A DNA stretch of 64,000 nucleotides, from NCBI GenBank assembly GCA_050742535.1, contig JBOGIQ010000003.1, positions 1,368 to 65,367 on the forward strand, in the 5' to 3' direction. A model generated the notes under the pieces. It saw only the letters and a list, made by a program, of their open reading frames with translations, was not told the DNA's origin and ran no database searches. The stretch comes from Vicinamibacterales bacterium (GTDB lineage: Bacteria; Acidobacteriota; Vicinamibacteria; Vicinamibacterales; UBA2999). A program made the translations under genes and the position numbers. Below, piece after piece: positions 62,928 through 64,000 of this stretch (its first letter is position 1; every line of letters starts with the position of its first letter).

Positions 62928-63140
62928 CCGTACACCGTCGTGATGTGTGAAGGCCGAAATACTATGCTGAGGTTCTAGCTGGTGCAAGCACGCTTTTGCA
63001 CCCGGTGCGAGTGAAACCGTGTCCAAATCGGTGACGCGAAATCGGCCACCCGTTGGTCCGGTGGGCGCTGGAGTCGGTCTCTGTCGTATTGTGTCCTATC
63101 AGTGCATCCTTCCAAGGGCTGTGTGCGGCTCCTGGCGCGA

Positions 63141-63380
63141 TCAGCCTGTCTCGTCATCCACGACGGCATAGTGCGTCATGATGAACTGGCCGGCGGTGAC
63201 GAACCCCTCGGCGCGGATCCGGAGGCCGACGAGCGCCTGCACGTCCGGATCTGAAAATGGATGTCCTCCCGATCGCCGCAGCTTGAACGTGCCGTCCCCG
63301 CTGACGAGCAGAGCGGCGTCGTGCTCGCTCTTCGAGCCGATGTTGATTCGCCTGCGGACGACGACTCCTTCCACGATCAT
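63141..63380 (-). CDS. Hypothetical small protein (79 aa)
   Basis: ORF 6 nt downstream of the preceding gene on the same strand. No recognisable family. Confidence 0.35.
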   Translation of the reverse strand: MIVEGVVVRRRINIGSKSEHDAALLVSGDGTFKLRRSGGHPFSDPDVQALVGLRIRAEGFVTAGQFIMTHYAVVDDETG

Positions 63381-63386
63381 CCGGCG

Positions 63387-64000
63387 CTAGCGGCTGTGCA
63401 CGCGCCGGACGTGCACGATCTTGTCGCCCTCCACCGTGGCGATGATCGCGGAGATGCGGGCGCCTCTGGTCGATGTCCCGAGCGAACCCAGGGCCGCGAA
63501 GATCAGTCGCTTCGGCCTCCGGGACGTATGCATACCGCGCGGCCGCCGCTGTGCAGACGGAAACGTCACCCGGTAGCTCTTGAACGTCGGGTTGAGCATC
63601 CCCGATTCCTCCGCCGCCTTGATCAGGAAGCGGCGGACAGGCTTCGGGATGGCGTCTTTCGACGGCACCGCGGCACCGAGCGTCCGCGTCAGGTTGGTGC
63701 CGGTGCGGATGAGCCGCTCGCGGCGAAACGTGCGCGTCTCCGAATGGATGAGACCTTTCGGCGCCCGGCGCACCGTTTTCGAGCGCGCGAAGGCATGCGG
63801 CGTCGGATCGACCGGGTGCACCGACGGATCTCCGAGCAGCAGGAACTGCACGGCGGTCTTCAGATCGGCAGGGTCGGTATGGGTAAACTGCGCGACGAAG
63901 CGCTGACGCGCCTCGAGCGCGGCACGCCCCAGAGACGCACCCTTGCGCACCGCCTCGATGAAATACTGGCAGATCAAGTCGGCCTGTCCCTGGCCTTCCG
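63387..64000 (-). CDS. C-terminal part of a larger protein (5' end outside window), possibly a C25/caspase-like peptidase end
   Basis: The frame stays open to the window edge. SLGRAALEARQ........LKTAVQFLLLGDPSVHP resembles the end of cysteine-peptidase (C25/CHAT-like) domains and is followed by a basic extension. Weak. Confidence 0.35.
   Translation of the reverse strand, partial: EGQGQADLICQYFIEAVRKGASLGRAALEARQRFVAQFTHTDPADLKTAVQFLLLGDPSVHPVDPTPHAFARSKTVRRAPKGLIHSETRTFRRERLIRTGTNLTRTLGAAVPSKDAIPKPVRRFLIKAAEESGMLNPTFKSYRVTFPSAQRRPRGMHTSRRPKRLIFAALGSLGTSTRGARISAIIATVEGDKIVHVRRVHSR

Overview
High-GC (~65-70% by eye) chromosomal segment, most likely from an Acidobacteriota genome (possibly Vicinamibacteria-like). 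The taxonomic call rests on two phylum-typical families, an ADOP duplicated orphan permease and TIGR03435 proteins, plus dense GTCCGCCTTCAGGCGGAC-type intergenic palindromes. The window opens with the 3' part of rpoB and a complete rpoC. The remaining ~57 kb is an accessory-like region dominated by secreted proteins of unknown function. Recognisable content: arylsulfotransferase-like propeller, a 13-14 repeat RCC1 protein, EamA transporter, cupins, lipocalin-like proteins, SYLF protein, ADOP permease (frameshifted), decayed LytS/LytTR remnants, a secreted zinc metalloprotease, a RodZ-like HTH/PEGA protein, a translationally coupled methyltransferase-GNAT-hypothetical-oxygenase-like operon, a lanthanide-type xoxF-xoxJ-xoxG cluster with extra c-type cytochromes, a Tat amidohydrolase, a PD40 propeller, YjbQ, a receiver-MEDS regulator plus HisKA_3 kinase, and a three-gene envelope operon. 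Observations most worth follow-up: (1) four nested copies of the rpoC 3' end with tiny gene cassettes between them; (2) two tandem modules, each an 8-cysteine secreted mini-protein translationally coupled to a TIGR03435 protein; (3) eight paralogs of an unnamed 'GRWEGDTLVVET' secreted domain, found both fused to and next to DUF6152-like domains; (4) a 91-nt tRNA-like element with CCA end but no anticodon loop; (5) a recurrent Gly/Arg-rich GRGG...AAP tract in unrelated secreted proteins. No rRNA, canonical tRNA, CRISPR array, transposase or integrase was seen. All family names come from motif recognition by eye and need HMM confirmation.
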